A DNA stretch of 64,000 nt from Octopus sinensis (Eukaryota). The position numbers and the translations under genes were made by a program. Positions 26,866 through 42,443 of the stretch are shown here, piece by piece (position 1 is the stretch's first letter; every line of letters starts with the position of its first letter). Below the pieces are notes generated by a model that had not been told where the DNA came from, ran no database searches, and worked only from the letters and a program-made list of their open reading frames with translations. Where the stretch lies: NCBI RefSeq assembly GCF_006345805.1, contig NC_043014.1, forward strand, positions 44,020,001 to 44,084,000, given 5' to 3'.

Positions 26866-28428
26866 TTAGGGAATAAATCCAAACTTACAGGGAAAAATCA
26901 GATTTAGGATTGAATCCAATTTTATAGTAAAATATTATATTATATTAAATTAGAGATAAAACCACTATTAGGCAAATCGATTTGCCTAATAGTGGTTTTA
27001 TCTCTAATTTAATATAATATATATATATATATTCGTTAATGTAATTTGATGTAATACTCAAAATCTAAAAAAGAAGACCTGATCCAAAACTGGGTCATCA
27101 CGACTTCAACACTTATATTTGATGAGGCAGGTGTAAATATATATATGTCTATCACTCTGCAGAAAACTGTTATTGATTATTTTTTCTTCTAGTTCTATCT
27201 ATTTAGGTCAACATGGTAGAAGAGATATCTGGAACGGCATGTAGATAACTGATTTGATTTCGCTTCTCCGAAAGTCTATCAGTTAAAGAGGTGTGGCTGT
27301 AGATTCACTCGATCAAGCCGATCCCCTTTGTATGTTAACGAGGCTTACTTTCACTTTACCAACAGTGGGCAGTGGAGGGTGGCATAGAATGTGAGGCTCG
27401 GTTGACGCTGATGTGATTCAAATACTGAAATGGATGTGTGGCATTAGGAAGAGAGAGAATCTCAACAACATTGAAGCTTTGGTTAATCATGCCGTGCATT
27501 CCTAAGATATACAAATGAATGTCAATAACAGACCAGATTTTAATGTATGTCTCACAATTTTGTGAAATACAAGCAGAATGAGGATATTTACATATGGCAC
27601 ATATGCTATCATCATCATCATCATTTAACGTCTGCTTTCCATGCTAGCATTGGTTGGACGCTTTGACTGAGGTCTGGTGAACCAGATGGCTGCACCAGGC
27701 TCCAATCTTGATCTAGCAGAGTTTCTACAGCTGGATGCCCTTCCTGACGCCAACCACTCCAAGAGTGTAGTGGGTGCTTTTACGCGACACCGGCACGAGG
27801 GCCCGTCAGGCGGTACTGGCAATGGCCACGCTCAGATGGTGCTTTTTATGTGCCACCTATACAGGAGGCAGTCCAGCGGCACTGGCAAGCTGGCTTCCCT
27901 TCCTAACGCCAACCACTACGAGAGTGTAGTGGGTGCTTTTACGTGACACCGGCACAAGGGCCAGTCAGGTGGTACTGGCAATGACCACGCTCAGATGGTG
28001 CTTTTTATGTGCCACCTGTACAGGAGCCAGTCCAGCGGCACTGGCAACGATCTCGCTTCGAATGTTTTTCACGAGCCAGCATCACAGGTGTTAGTAAGGC
28101 GACGCAAGTAAATATTGTCCTGAGTACTGGGGCCGGTTACATGGTTTTCATGGTTTGAGTGTAACCAAGATCGCAATGTCTCCCTTAACATCATATCAGT
28201 CTGTTACAAGAGGAAATGGAAAATAGTGTTTTTTGCTCAAGAATACTTACCACACAGGCGCAGGAGTGGCTGTGTGGTAAGTAGCTTGCTTACGAACCAC
28301 ATGGTTCTGGGTTCAGTCCCACTGCGTGGAACTTTGGTCAAGTGTCTTCTACTATAGCCTCGGGCCGACCAATGCCTTGTGAGTGGATATGGTAGACTGA
28401 AACTGAAAAGAAGCCCATCATGTATATG

Positions 28429-28463
<35 letters not shown>

Positions 28464-30312
28464 CTGTGTTTGTCCTCCCAACATCGCCTGACAACCGATG
28501 CTGGTGTGTTTACGTCCCCGTAACTTATCGGTTCGGCAAAAGAGACTGATAGAATAAGTACTAGGCTTACAAAGAATAAGTCTTGGGGTCGACCTACTCG
28601 ACTAAAGGCGGTGCTCCAGCGTGGCCGCAGTCATATGACTGAAACAAGTAAAAGAGAGAGAGTAAAGAGTAATACAATGCACTACCTGAGCTGGGAATTG
28701 AAACAGTGATCTTGCAGCTGTTAGTGCAACACCCTAACCACTAGACCACACGACATATATATCCTTCTTCAATCATACAGCTTTGGTTTTTGTTGGAAAT
28801 TGCATGCTCTGACTTAGTTACCAGGTGTCACCCTCTTACTCCTGCTGTCTGTTATTGCCAGGAATTATTTAATCTGGTGCTTTACCATTTTCCATTGTAC
28901 TATCCATGTGGGAATTTACCCCATGCAAACTATTAAGGGGAAAAAGTCTATATAAGCTTTCCCTAATGAAAGATACTAGAGGCTGATATACTATGTTATG
29001 AGTTAAGTTACTGGGATGGAATGAAATTTATCAGCCTAATTCAGTTCTCTTTTGTTCTATCCCTCCCTCCATTCACTCACTCCACTCACCTCACTCACTC
29101 AACTTACTCTTACTCGTTCCACACACTCCACCCATTCTCACTCACTCACTTCTTGCATGCCACTAACTTACTCCACTCACTCACTCCCCTACACTCCACT
29201 CACTCACTCATTCCCCTGCACTCCACTCACTCACTCATTCCCCTGCACTCCACTCACTCACTCATTCCCCTGCACTCCACTCACTCACTCCCTTGCACTC
29301 CACTCACTCACTCCTCTACACTACACTACACTACACTACACTCACTCCCCTACACTCCACTCACTCACTCCTCTACACTACACTACACTCACTCACTCCC
29401 CTACACTCCACTGCACTGCACTCACTCACTCCCTTGCTCTCCACTCACTCACTCCCCTACACTCCACTCACTCACTCACTCATTCCCCTGCACTCCACTC
29501 ACTCACTCCCTTGCACTCCACTCACTCACTCCCCTAACTCACTCCCTTGCTCTCCACTCACTCACTCCCCTACACTCCACTCACTCACTCCCCTGCACTC
29601 CACTCACTCACTCCCTTGCACTCCACTCACCCACACCCCTACACTCCACTCACTCACTCACTCCCCTGCACTCCACTCCACTCTCTTCTCTACCTCTCTC
29701 TCTCTCTGTCTCTTGTAGGAATTTTAAAGCAAACACTTTGTTGTTTGTCATGTTTTTGTTGTTTGTTTTGTTCTTATTCCATTCCAAAACAATTTCCTAG
29801 CATCATGCTGGCCATTATCTCCAGCATCCAGTTCTCCCATATCTTCTATCTATCCAATCAACCCACTTCTATTACATTCTACAAAGTTATCTAAAGTAAT
29901 GTTGCAAAGATATAATCTCCTCCCAGAAAGGCGGCATTACTAGATTTTGTCTAATATTCCCATAACTGCACACGCACACACACACACATGCACACACATA
30001 CATATGCACACACACACACAAACACATTCTTGCACATGTAGATACACATATTTATGCTCAGACACAGACACACACACACACACACACTCTCTGCCTTTCA
30101 TATATATGTATACATACTTATGCATACAGGGGCACGCACATACACACACACACACATACACATGAACACACCTAACAAAATCCTGCAACCATTCAGACTT
30201 ACATACATACACACACACACACACACATACACACATACATACACACATACACACATACATACATACACACATACATACATACATACATACATACATACAT
30301 ACATACATACAT

Positions 30313-30349
<37 letters not shown>

Positions 30350-30386
30350 TACACACATACATACATACATACACACATACACACAC

Positions 30387-30429
<43 letters not shown>

Positions 30430-33400
30430 TACATACACACACACACATGCACACACATACATACATACATACACACATACATACACACACATACATACAC
30501 ACACACACATATATACATACATACACACATACATATACACACACACACACATACATACATAAATATGCACACACACACATTTACGCATGTACAGACACAC
30601 ACCTGCACACAGACGTCTTCCTAATTATTTATTAACATTTTCTATTTGCTGAATACCTGTTAAGTGCCTGATTATATAAGAAGAAATTCTTCTGTCGCAG
30701 TGTGTTGCGATAAACTCTGGCAGGCATGGGGGGGGCGGAGGGGCGGCATGGGGCAGGATGTAGAATGTTGACCAACCTGTAGGCATGTGGCCGTATCTTG
30801 TATTACATCATCTCTCAAGTGTAATACATATCGATACATAGAAAACAGCTGCCCAATACATATTGGTTGGTCAATAAGGTGGCGAGTTTTTCAGAATCGT
30901 TAGCAGGAGGCGCAGAGTGGCTGTGTGGTAAGTAGCTTGTTTACCAACCACATGGTTCCGGGTTCAGTCCCACTGCATGGCACCTTGGGCAAGTGTCTTC
31001 TACTATAGCCTCGTATATGAAAGAAGCCCGTCGTATATATATATATATTTATATGTGTGCGTGTATGTATGTGTGTCTGTGTTAGTCCCCCTAGCATTGC
31101 TTGACAATCAATGCTGGTGTGTTACGTCCCCGTCACTTAGCGGTTCGGCAAAAGAGACCGATAGAATAAGTACTGGGCTTACAAAGAATAAGTCCCGGAG
31201 TCAAGTTGCTCGATTAAAGGCAGTGCTCCAGCATGGCCGCAGTCAAATGATTGAAACAAGTAAAAAAAAAGAAATGCCAGGCGATATGCTTTGCAGCATT
31301 TTATTCATCTTTACATTCTGATTTCAAATACCAAGAAAATATGTACCAGTCGAGCACTGTAAAGTTACCGTCTCGAGTCATGCTGACCCATGAGGGCTGG
31401 TTTCATGGTGTATAAATTCCTCACCTGGACAGGATGCTGGTCTGTCATAGGCTTACTCATTTTTGCCAGCTGAGTGGACTGGAGCAATATCAAACGAAGT
31501 GTTTTGCTCAAGAACACAATGTGTTGTCCAATCCGGGAATCAAAGCCACATTCTTACAATCACGAGTCCAATACCCTGACCACTAAGCCATGTGCCTCCA
31601 CTGGGGTTAATGTAATCTACTTACCACCCCCATTCTCTGTAAGTCTTGGCCTTGTGCCAAACTTTGAAACCAATGCCTGTTGAACTATTATTATTCTTTT
31701 CTACTTAAGGTACAAGGCCCGAAACTTTTGAAGGTGGGGGCCCAGTCGATTAGATCAACCTCTGTCGAAGCATCCAACCCATGCCAGCATGGAAATCAGG
31801 TGTTAAATGATGATGAAGACTATGAGGCTTGTTTTGGCCGGAGTCTATAGTAGAAGATACCTGCTCTAGGGAGCAATCAGTGTAATCAAATCTACCAGGG
31901 GTCTGTCAATTGTCTGACAAACTTTCATAACTACTCAGTCATTAAGCTACCTATTTCTTTACTACCCACAAGGGGCTAAACACAGAGGGGACAGACAAAC
32001 GGATTAAGTTGATTACATCGACCCCAGTGCGAAACTGGTACTTTATTTATCGACCCCCGAAAGGATGAAAGGCAAAGTCGACCTCGGCGGAATTTGAACT
32101 CAGAACGTATCGGCAGACGAAATACCTATTTCTTTATTACCCACTAGGGGCTAAACACAGAGGGGACAAACAAGGACAGACATAGGTATTAAGTCAATTA
32201 CATCGACCCCAGTGCGTAACTGGTACTTAATTAATCGACCCCAAAAGGATGAAAGGCAAAGTCGACCTCAGCAGAATTTGAACTCAGAACGTATCGGCAG
32301 ACGAAATACCTATTTCTTTATTACCCACAAGGGGCTAAACACAGAGGGGACAAACAAGGACAGACATAGGTATTAAGTCAATTACATCGACCCCAGTGCG
32401 TAACTGGTACTTAATTAATCGACCCCAAAAGGATGAAAGGCAAAGTCGACCTCAGCAGAATTTGAACTCAGAACGTATCGGCAGACGAAATACCTATTTC
32501 TTTATTACCCACAAGGGGCTAAACACAGAGGGGACAAACCAGGACAGACATAGGTATTAAGTCGATTACATCAACCCCAGTGCGTAACTGGTACTTAATT
32601 AATCGACCCCGATAGGATGAAAGGCAAAGTCGACCTCGGCGGAATTTGAACTCAGAACGTATTGGCAGACGAAATACCTCCAAGCATTTCGCCCGGCGTG
32701 CTAACGATTCTGCCAGCTCGCTCACCACCATTGCCTAAAATACTAACATTTCATCAGAATCCTCAACAGCCACCGTTGCTAAAATGGCAAGTATTATTAG
32801 AATGTCTGATAATAGAAATCTTCTTTGGGGGATTTATGGTTCCATTTTAAAAAGCTGCTAAAGAAGGAATTAGCTTCATTAGAATGTATGGAAAACTGAT
32901 TTTCTGTGGCTATCCGTGGAACACCTTGAATTATTTGCTAATTCACATCTGAATGGTTTTAGCGAGTGTCGGTGGTTTTAGATGGTTTCACATCAACTCA
33001 ATTAGGATGAATGAATCTAAATAAATTGCATGTTATTGTGTGTGTGTGTGTGTGTGTATGTGTGTAGCTTGCATCTTGGGTGTCTCTACATTTCCTCCAG
33101 AACTTCATCTCATTCACTCTCCTTTTCCTCTCCCTGCCCCCGCCCCCCATCTCTCGTTTTATGTGTCCATGTCTGTGTGTCTGTGTGCTCCTCTCACTGT
33201 CAGGTCTGCATTTTTTTTTTGTCTATGTGTTTGTATCTGTTTGTGTGTGATATTTCTCTATTCATATTAGTATATCCCTATGTTATTACATATGTATATA
33301 TATATATTTAATTTATTAACTTTATTTATTCCTCTTATTTTCTTCTTCACATCTCACTGTTTTCCATTTGCAGGTGTGTGAATGTGTATATATATATATA

Positions 33401-33460
33401 TGTATGTATATATATATGTATGTATGTATATATATATATATATATATATATGCATGTATG

Positions 33461-33527
<67 letters not shown>

Positions 33528-33551
33528 ATGCATGTATATATATATATTATG

Positions 33552-33584
<33 letters not shown>

Positions 33585-33699
33585 ATATATTATATATATA
33601 TATATATGTATGTATGTATATATATATAATATGTATGTATATATATATATATATGTATGTATATATATATATATATGTATGTATATATATATATATATC

Positions 33700-33733
<34 letters not shown>

Positions 33734-33929
33734 TCTATATATATATATATGTATGTATATATATATGTATGTGTGTATATTGTATTGAGTAACATTGAAT
33801 TAACCCATACCATGTGTTTTATTTCAATTTTCACCATTATAAGCTCCTGTCTCGTGCATCTCTCCCCCCTTTCCCAACCCTATTTCTTTACATATACCAG
33901 ATGTTTAGTAAAAGAGTTAAAAACGTACA

Positions 33930-33962
<33 letters not shown>

Positions 33963-34136
33963 CCACACACACACACATCTTCTTCTTGCTTTATCTCCCT
34001 TGTCAGCTCTTCAACCAACAACACTTCCTCTGTTGTGTAATTTCATGTCATTCCATTTGTACTTCTTTATTCAGACATTTCCATTAATAAATATTTAGAG
34101 CAGTTTCGCAACTAAAAATGTTTCCTTAACACCAAC

Positions 34137-34190
<54 letters not shown>

Positions 34191-35042
34191 CTATCATGGG
34201 TTCTAGGCAGTCTGTAATTATATAATAAAAATTCCAAAATTTATTTCAAACTCAACTTGTGTGTCTTTCAATTACTTTCTGAAACGTTTCCTGTACATAT
34301 ATTATCCACTTAAAAAAAAAAAAAAAAAAAAAAATCTGTCTCCGATGTGATTTAAAACTTTCCCATCAGCTGCTACGTTGCATCTACATCATGTCAGACA
34401 TATCCGAAGCCCTGTTTTGCGTTCCTAATTTTTGACCTCCATTCTCGTATACCTACTAAACTCTGCTTGATATAAATCCTAATCCTACCAATCCTAATCC
34501 TACCAAGATTTACAGCAAACCTCTTAGAATTTTCTCTCTGAGATTCCAATTTAATTAGAAACTTTTCTTTGTTCTGCGGCACATAAATGTAGATTGATTT
34601 TTCCTTAATCCTTGTTTCTAATCCTAGTTCTTTTCCAATTGTCTTTTCTTATGACCCAATATTTAAATGATGCAGATTATCACTCACACAGTCTGGTTAT
34701 TACTTTCTATATCTACTTCGCTAAGCTATAATGCTTGGGATATGGCTTAGGAGAGATGGTGACTGGATTAAATTACTGACAAATAATGCTATTAGGGAAT
34801 TCTCTCTCTCCCGCTCACCGTTGCTGTCTTTGTCATCATTATTGTTGTTGTTGTTGTTGTGGCAGTGCTGGTGATGGTGGTGGTGGTGGTTAATGCTGAT
34901 CTGAAGGAGTTTTGAAAAATGGATAATGCTTTATGGCAGTTTCTAGAATTCAGACTGTTCTAAAACACATACATACATACATACACCATACAATGGGCAT
35001 TATATTTGAGAGAACATTTGTATGTGTGTATAAATAGCTAGA

Positions 35043-35094
<52 letters not shown>

Positions 35095-35096
35095 AC

Positions 35097-35129
<33 letters not shown>

Positions 35130-35173
35130 AACATATACATTTATATATGGACATATACATACATGTATCTGTT

Positions 35174-35204
<31 letters not shown>

Positions 35205-35271
35205 GTATGTATGTATGTATGTCTATATATATATACATTTATATATGGACATATACATACATGTATGTGTT

Positions 35272-35314
<43 letters not shown>

Positions 35315-35366
35315 CTATATATATATGCATTTATATATGGACATATACATATATGTATGTGTTTGA

Positions 35367-35411
<45 letters not shown>

Positions 35412-38400
35412 CACACATATATATATACATTTATATATGGACATATACATACATGTATGTGTTTATGTATATATATATATATACATATATATGTATGTAT
35501 ATATATATATATATATACATACACACACACACACACACATACATACATACATACACACATGCATACATATACATACATATCAGTTACAGTTCAACTCCGT
35601 ATTTCTTCCATTTCTGACTCAGTTAAGCCTTCTTCAAAACACTATATATAAGCTCTCGGTGTTGTTGTTTCTAGTATTGTTCTCTCTCAAATATAAAGTC
35701 CATTGTTACACTCGAAAGTAGGTTACACATTAATTCGGCGGGGGGGGGGGGAATCATTGGATAAATCTACAGCTATTTCAGATATAGCAGATATGGATCA
35801 ATATAAATACATATTTATTCTATATCTTCCTTGCTGGTTCTTCAGCAATATAGGGCTGGTGGTTTTATCTCGCTACCAAAGCCATTTTTTTTTCTTCATT
35901 TATTTCATGTATTTTTCAATAAATTAAACGTAGAGAGATAAAATTGATCTATCCAAGTCAGTTGCATATTAAAGTTGGTTCCATATTTTTCATTACATAA
36001 TCAGTCAAAAAATTCCTCGCTCAATGCTTGCGTTGCACCGTACTCTTCGTTTATTGCACATGCACATGTACCAGACCATACCGTACTAATTTCACCATTC
36101 TCGATATATATCCTTTTTATTTGTTTCTGTCATCTGACTGCAACCATTCGGGGTACCGCCTTGAAGAATGTTTAGTCAAATTAACCGACACCCCGGGACT
36201 TATGTTTTTAAGCCTGGTACTTATTCTGTCGGTCTATTGGCCCAACTGCTAAGTTATGGGGGCACAAACACACCAAAACCAATTGTCAAGCAGTGGTGGA
36301 GGGACAAACACAGACAGAAAGACACACATATATTTATATTTACATATAGGCGCAGGAGTGGCTGTGTGGTAAGTAGCTTGCTAACCAACCACATGGTTCC
36401 GGGTTCAGTCCCACTGTGTGACACCTTGGGCAAGTGTCTTCTACTATAGCCTCCGGCTGACCAAAGCCTTGTTAGTGGATTCGGTAGACAGAAACTGAAA
36501 GAAGCCTGTCGTATATATATATATTGTGTGTCTGTGTTTGTCCCCTCAACATCGCTTGACAACCGATGGTGGTGCGTTTACGTCCCCGTAACTTAGCGGT
36601 TCAGCAAAAGAGACCGATAGAATAAGTACTAGGCTTACAAAGAATAAGTCCTGGTGTTGATTTGCTCGACTATGGGCAGTGATCCGGCATGGCCACAGTC
36701 AAATGACAGGTTGAATGTCCACTCAGCCATTCCAAATAGTCTGCAACCAACAGCAATACCAAATTGACCTCATATCACACAGGGGTATTGTAGACAGATT
36801 TGTGAACAGTAAACAGTACTCGTTAAGTGTCGGTGCCCAAAGAAGAGAATGGAAACTGTTCGATTATAAAACGGCTTGAAGTAGACAAAGCCTGGGGAAA
36901 GTCTATGCTGGCTGCACATCATAATAACTACTTCTTGAATGCCTGCTTATCAACTGTTGGGGTGTTGAGGTTTAATTTAAATAAAAAGAAATAACAAAAG
37001 CAACAAAATCTTCTTTACAGCAAGGCTAGGTATCTTTACACATAAATGTATATACTTAGATCAGGTTTCAGCCAATATTGGTCCAGCTGTCTAATTTAAT
37101 AGCATCATCAAATAATTACATAAGGAAATTTATCTATCTATCTATCTATCTCTCTATATATATATATAAAGCTGAAGTTGTCTGTGTATGGCAGGTTTGG
37201 TAACCTTCAACTAACACTATCTCCTCCAAGACACTGCGGCACAAGTTGACCAAAATTGAGAGTATGATAGAAGAAGACTTGCTCTTCCTTCCCTAGAAGA
37301 AAAAATTCAAATCAGACCATGTTAACACCAAAAATTATTTACCACAAAAAAGTGCTTTTTTTTCTATGAAAATCCCTATTTTTTTACGATTTTTTGACTG
37401 CTGTGTCGCCCTTTTTCTGTGTATTTCAACCAGAAAAATTGTTCACTTAAAGAGAATAACAAGCTACATAATGCAAATTTTTTTTCTTTTCCAAAATTCC
37501 AATTCTAAAGGGTCGAAACAAACCCGAGCAATGCCGGGCGATACTGCTAGTAAGGAAATAAAACTATATTTCAGAAATTTCAATGCTTCCATTACTTACT
37601 ACCACCACCACCACCATCGTCATCATCATCGTCATCATCGTCATGTAACATTGCTTTATCTTTGTGACAAAACCAATTTAACTTAGTCGTTTTCTCTACT
37701 TATTGCAGAATGTTGTTGTAGAGCATGTCCGTATGGTCATTGACCTCCTGTGTAAAGATATTAAAAGTGCATACGAACCTCTCTGGGAAATGCCGTGTCA
37801 CACAAGAATACTGAAAGATGCTTTAATGGAAAGTAAGTTACAAATGTAATCGCTTTTAATTCCTCCTCCACTTCTAACCATCTCTAACCTCATCTCTCTT
37901 TTTCTCTCCATCTGTCTGTATGTCTGTGTGTATACAAGCACATACCATACACATATATATGTGCACATATATATATACACAGACATATATATGTGTGCAA
38001 GTGTATGTGTATATATAAATATATACATACATATATATAAATACACACATACATACATATTTATATATACATATAAAATATACACACTCACATACATATT
38101 TATATATACATATAAAATATACACACTCACATACATATTTATATATACATATAAAATATACACATTCACATACATATTTATATATACATATAAAATATAC
38201 ACACTCACATATAAATACATACACACACATATATATTTGTGTACTCTTTACTCTCTTTTACTCTTTTGCTTGTCTCAGTCATTTGACTGTGGCCATGCTG
38301 GAGCACTGCCTCTTAGTCGAGCAAATCGACCCCAGGACTTAGTACTTATTCTATCAGTCTCTTTTGCTCAACCACTAAGTTATGGGGATGCAAACACACC

Positions 38401-38655
38401 AGCATCAGTTGTCAAGCAATGTTGGAGGAACAAACACAGTACACACACACACATATATACATATATACATATATACTATATATATATATATATATTAGAT
38501 ACATATATACGACGGGCTTCTTTCAGTTTCCGTCTACTAAATCCACTCACAAAGCTTTGGTCGGCCTGAGGCTATAGTAGAAGACGCTTGCCCAAGATGC
38601 CACGCAGTGGGACTGAACCCGGAACCATGTGGTTGGTAAGCAAGCCACTCCTGCA

Positions 38656-38695
<40 letters not shown>

Positions 38696-40635
38696 AACAT
38701 ACATACATATAAATATACACACACACATATATGTATATATTTGTGTGTGTATATATATCTTACATAATGCAAATATTATGTAGAAAGCTGCACAACCGTG
38801 GTTTACGTCTGAAGGAAGCAATTCATGTGGACGTATTGTACGAAAATGCACAGAAGACCATCAGCAGCAAATAAAAACCATCCCACAGCAGTGATGAAAT
38901 TCCTGCATCCAGATTTCTGTGGCACCACCACTGCGGGACAATTTGCAGCTGCTACTGGCCTTCTGTGCCTTTTAGTAGTAGTTTACATCTGTACGAGATG
39001 CCTCCTCAAGATAATTACTGCAGATCTGTGACTTCCAACACTAATAATGAATATTAAGTAGCTTGCTTACCAACCACATGGTTCCGGGTTCAGTCCCACT
39101 GCGTGGAATCTTGGGCAAGTGTCTTCTGCTATAGCCTCGGGCCGACCAAAGCCTTGTGAGTGGATTTGGTAGACGGAAACTGAAAGAAGCCTGTCGGATA
39201 TATGTATTTATATATGTATGTTTGTGTGTGTGTCTGTGTTTGTCCCCCCTAGCATTGCTTGACAACTAACTGATGCTGGTGTGTTTACGTCCCCGTCACT
39301 TAGCGGTTCGGCAAAAAGAGACCGATAGAATAAGTACTGGGCTTACAAAGAATAAGTCCCGGGGCCAAGTTGCTCGATTAAAGGCAGTGCTCCAGCATGG
39401 CCGCAGTCAAATGACTGAAACAAGTAAAAGAGAAAAGAGAAATACAAAATTTAGAGGAATGATCACTAAAGTGGACATCCTTTATGCTAAACATAGATGT
39501 CAAATTGCCAATACTACGAAGAATGGCAATTTGACGTCTATGTTTAGCAGGAAGGTTGTCCACTTTAGTGGTCAGTCCTCTAAATTTTGTATGTAACACA
39601 ATTTTTAATCTTTGGATTTTTTAAATATGCTAAGTCATTGGTTTTAATTGATTAATATCAATTCCTACCCTTATTATTTAATTTTAAATCATCAGCATCG
39701 TTTAACATCCGCTTTCCATGCTGGCATGGGATGGACGGTTCAACTGGGGTCTGGGAAGCCGGATGCCCTTCCTAACACCAACCACTCCGAGAGTGTAGTG
39801 GGTGCTTTTTACGTGTCAGGCAGTACTGGCAACGGCCTTGCTTGAATCTTTTATGCATGCCACCGGCACAGGTGCCAATAAGGCAATGTTGGTAACGATC
39901 ACGCTCAAATGGTGCCCTTTTACGTACCACCGGCACGTAGCCAGTTGGCTGCTCTGGCAACGATCACGCTCAAATGGTGCTCTTGGTACCCTACTAGCAC
40001 GGGTACAAGTGCCGGTAAGGCAACGCTGGTAACGATCACACTCGAATGATGCCCTTTTACGTGCCACCGGCACGGAAGCCAGTTGGCTGCTCTGGCAACG
40101 ATCACGCTCAGATGGTGCTCTTGGCAACGTACTAGCATGGGCACAAATGCCAGTAAGGCGACGCTGGTAACGATCACACTCGAATGGTGCCTTTTATGTG
40201 CCACTGGCACAGAAGCCTGTTAGCCGCTCTGGCAACGATCATGCTCGTATGGTGCTCTTTGCACCCCTCTAGTACGGATGCTAGTCATCGAATGTGATTT
40301 TGATTTTGATTTCACTTGCCTTCGTCTTTTATTTCATTGACTTGTGTCGGTTGATAAAACTAATTCTTCACCTTTTTTCTTTCTTTTTTTCTTTTTGTTT
40401 TTGTTTTAAAGGTATCGGAGATGCTTGTGTTCAAGTCCGAGAACTTTTCAAAGAAGCAGATTTACAAGTGCCAGAGTTTAAGATTCCCCCCAAACTCTCT
40501 GATCTGCCGCCACCGATCGTTCCTGAAATTCCCAAACTCGAATCCATGCAATCAACCAATCTGCCTTCATGTTTGAAATTCTCTCCAAACAGCAAAGAGT
40601 TCCAACAACAGTTAGTAGAAACGCTTTCCAACCAA

Positions 40636-40699
<64 letters not shown>

Positions 40700-41476
40700 A
40701 GCAACAACACCATCAACAACAACAGCAGCATCATCATCATCAACAACAGCAACAGGTATTACAGACATCGCAAGCCATGAATGTGGGGAACATTCCTGGC
40801 ATACGACAACTGGGTATTCCGCAGCTTGCCATGAACTCCCTGCCGCAGGTCCAGCAAGGGGCTGCGACCCTTCCACCGCCTTCACACGCTTCCCAGCAGT
40901 TCCCGCATCACCTTCAGCAGCAGCAACAGCAGCAAGTGGTTGCGCATCAACTGCCGCCTCATCAACAGCTCCAACAGCAATCACAAATGCAACACATGCA
41001 GCTGCACCCCAATGCGCCGCCCGGGATATCGTGGCCCGCCGTCGTCATCAAGAAGGAGCCCGGTTTGTCCGAGCCAGTTCGAACAAATGTCGGTAACAGC
41101 CTAGACCCCAGTTTTTCAATGTCACAGCAAGAACAGTCAAATAACCAGGTACCGTGGCTATCAGACAACAGCCAGCATCAAAGCCTATTCACTTTACAAC
41201 AACAAATGCGACCTCCAGCGCACGAACGGCCTCATTCGAATCCACAGTTTGCAGCCCCAGTCCCTCCATTTCCAGGTTAGTATTGTTCTGTTCCTTGTTT
41301 ATCCATGGAGACATCCACCTTTCTAATTAACATTACATTCATTATGTTTCCAGGCCCAAACATGTCTGTATAGTTAAGAAATTTGCATCTCAGTCACATA
41401 GTTTTGCCTTCCACCTTAGGTAAGTGGATTTGGTAGGCAAAAACTCAAAGTGCATATGTGTGTATGTGTATGTATG

Positions 41477-41510
<34 letters not shown>

Positions 41511-41524
41511 TATAAATAAATATG

Positions 41525-41580
<56 letters not shown>

Positions 41581-42412
41581 TATTTGATTTAGATGTATTT
41601 CTCCATTTTCTTATCTTGTATTAGTAATTTGTGGTAAATCATTTTACCTTTGCCCATATAATACAGTAAATGAATTGATTGCATCGCAATCATTAACATT
41701 TATGTATTAACTTTGTTGGGTACTTCACTAGCAGTATATTGGATATATGTTATCCCATGGAGGGTTGCATTTACAACCCCTATCTCAATTTGTATATATA
41801 CATATATATATATAAATAAATATATATATATATATATATACATATAAATAAATAAATATATACATATATAAGTAAATGCGAATTCACTGTTTACTAAGTG
41901 CAGACACGATAGCGTGGTTAAGAAGCTCACCTCCCAGCCACATGGTTTCAGGTTCAGTCCCACTGTGTGACACCTTAGCCGAGTGTCTTCTAGTATATGT
42001 ACCAGAGCTAGCCAAAGCTCTGTGAGTGAATTTGGTTGATGGGAGTTGAAAGAAGCTCGTTGTGTGTAAATGTAATGTGTGTGTGTTTGCGTTACAAGTA
42101 TATTTTTGTTTGTCACTTCTGTCAGCAAAACTGTATGTTTGCTTTGGAGACATGTAAAGTAAGAACTACCTTACTTGAGAAACAAATAAGGGAAAACAGG
42201 AAGCGCATGCATCTGTGAAACGGTGCCTCGATAATATATTCATCTAACCCATGCTACTATGGAAAAACAGATGTAAAACAAATGATACCACATGAAACAT
42301 AACACTATAAACTAATTGACTCTGTGCCTGTGTTTAAATGCTTGATATTATTTTTTTTACACATGTTTGTTAATTCATGTATAAATCCTGTTTACATGTT
42401 TGCATATATGTG

Positions 42413-42443
<31 letters not shown>

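Larger units (their letters stand above)
2471..32725. mobile_element. SINE family B (ggcgagctggcagaatc head, aagtaccagt core), about 12 copies
   Basis: Approx. 2471-2700(+), 3722-3925(+), 3961-4175(+), 15800-16030(-), 16680-16890(-), 25025-25240(+), 25255-25450(+), 25825-26020(+), 26040-26190(+), and tandem copies at 31950-32725(-). Confidence 0.8.

Noticed and set aside
27380-27500. [18 protein letters not shown] segment as a host exon
   Set aside because: Resembles the RTE MLRWMCG motif; most likely a decayed LINE fragment.
29021-29894. 259-aa THS-rich ORF and overlapping ORFs
   Set aside because: Translations of a CACT-based minisatellite.
38780-39040. Unique-looking segment with short ORFs (possible exon or transposase relic)
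   Set aside because: Stops in all frames, no convincing splice pair, and the 37832-40412 junction needs no intervening exon.
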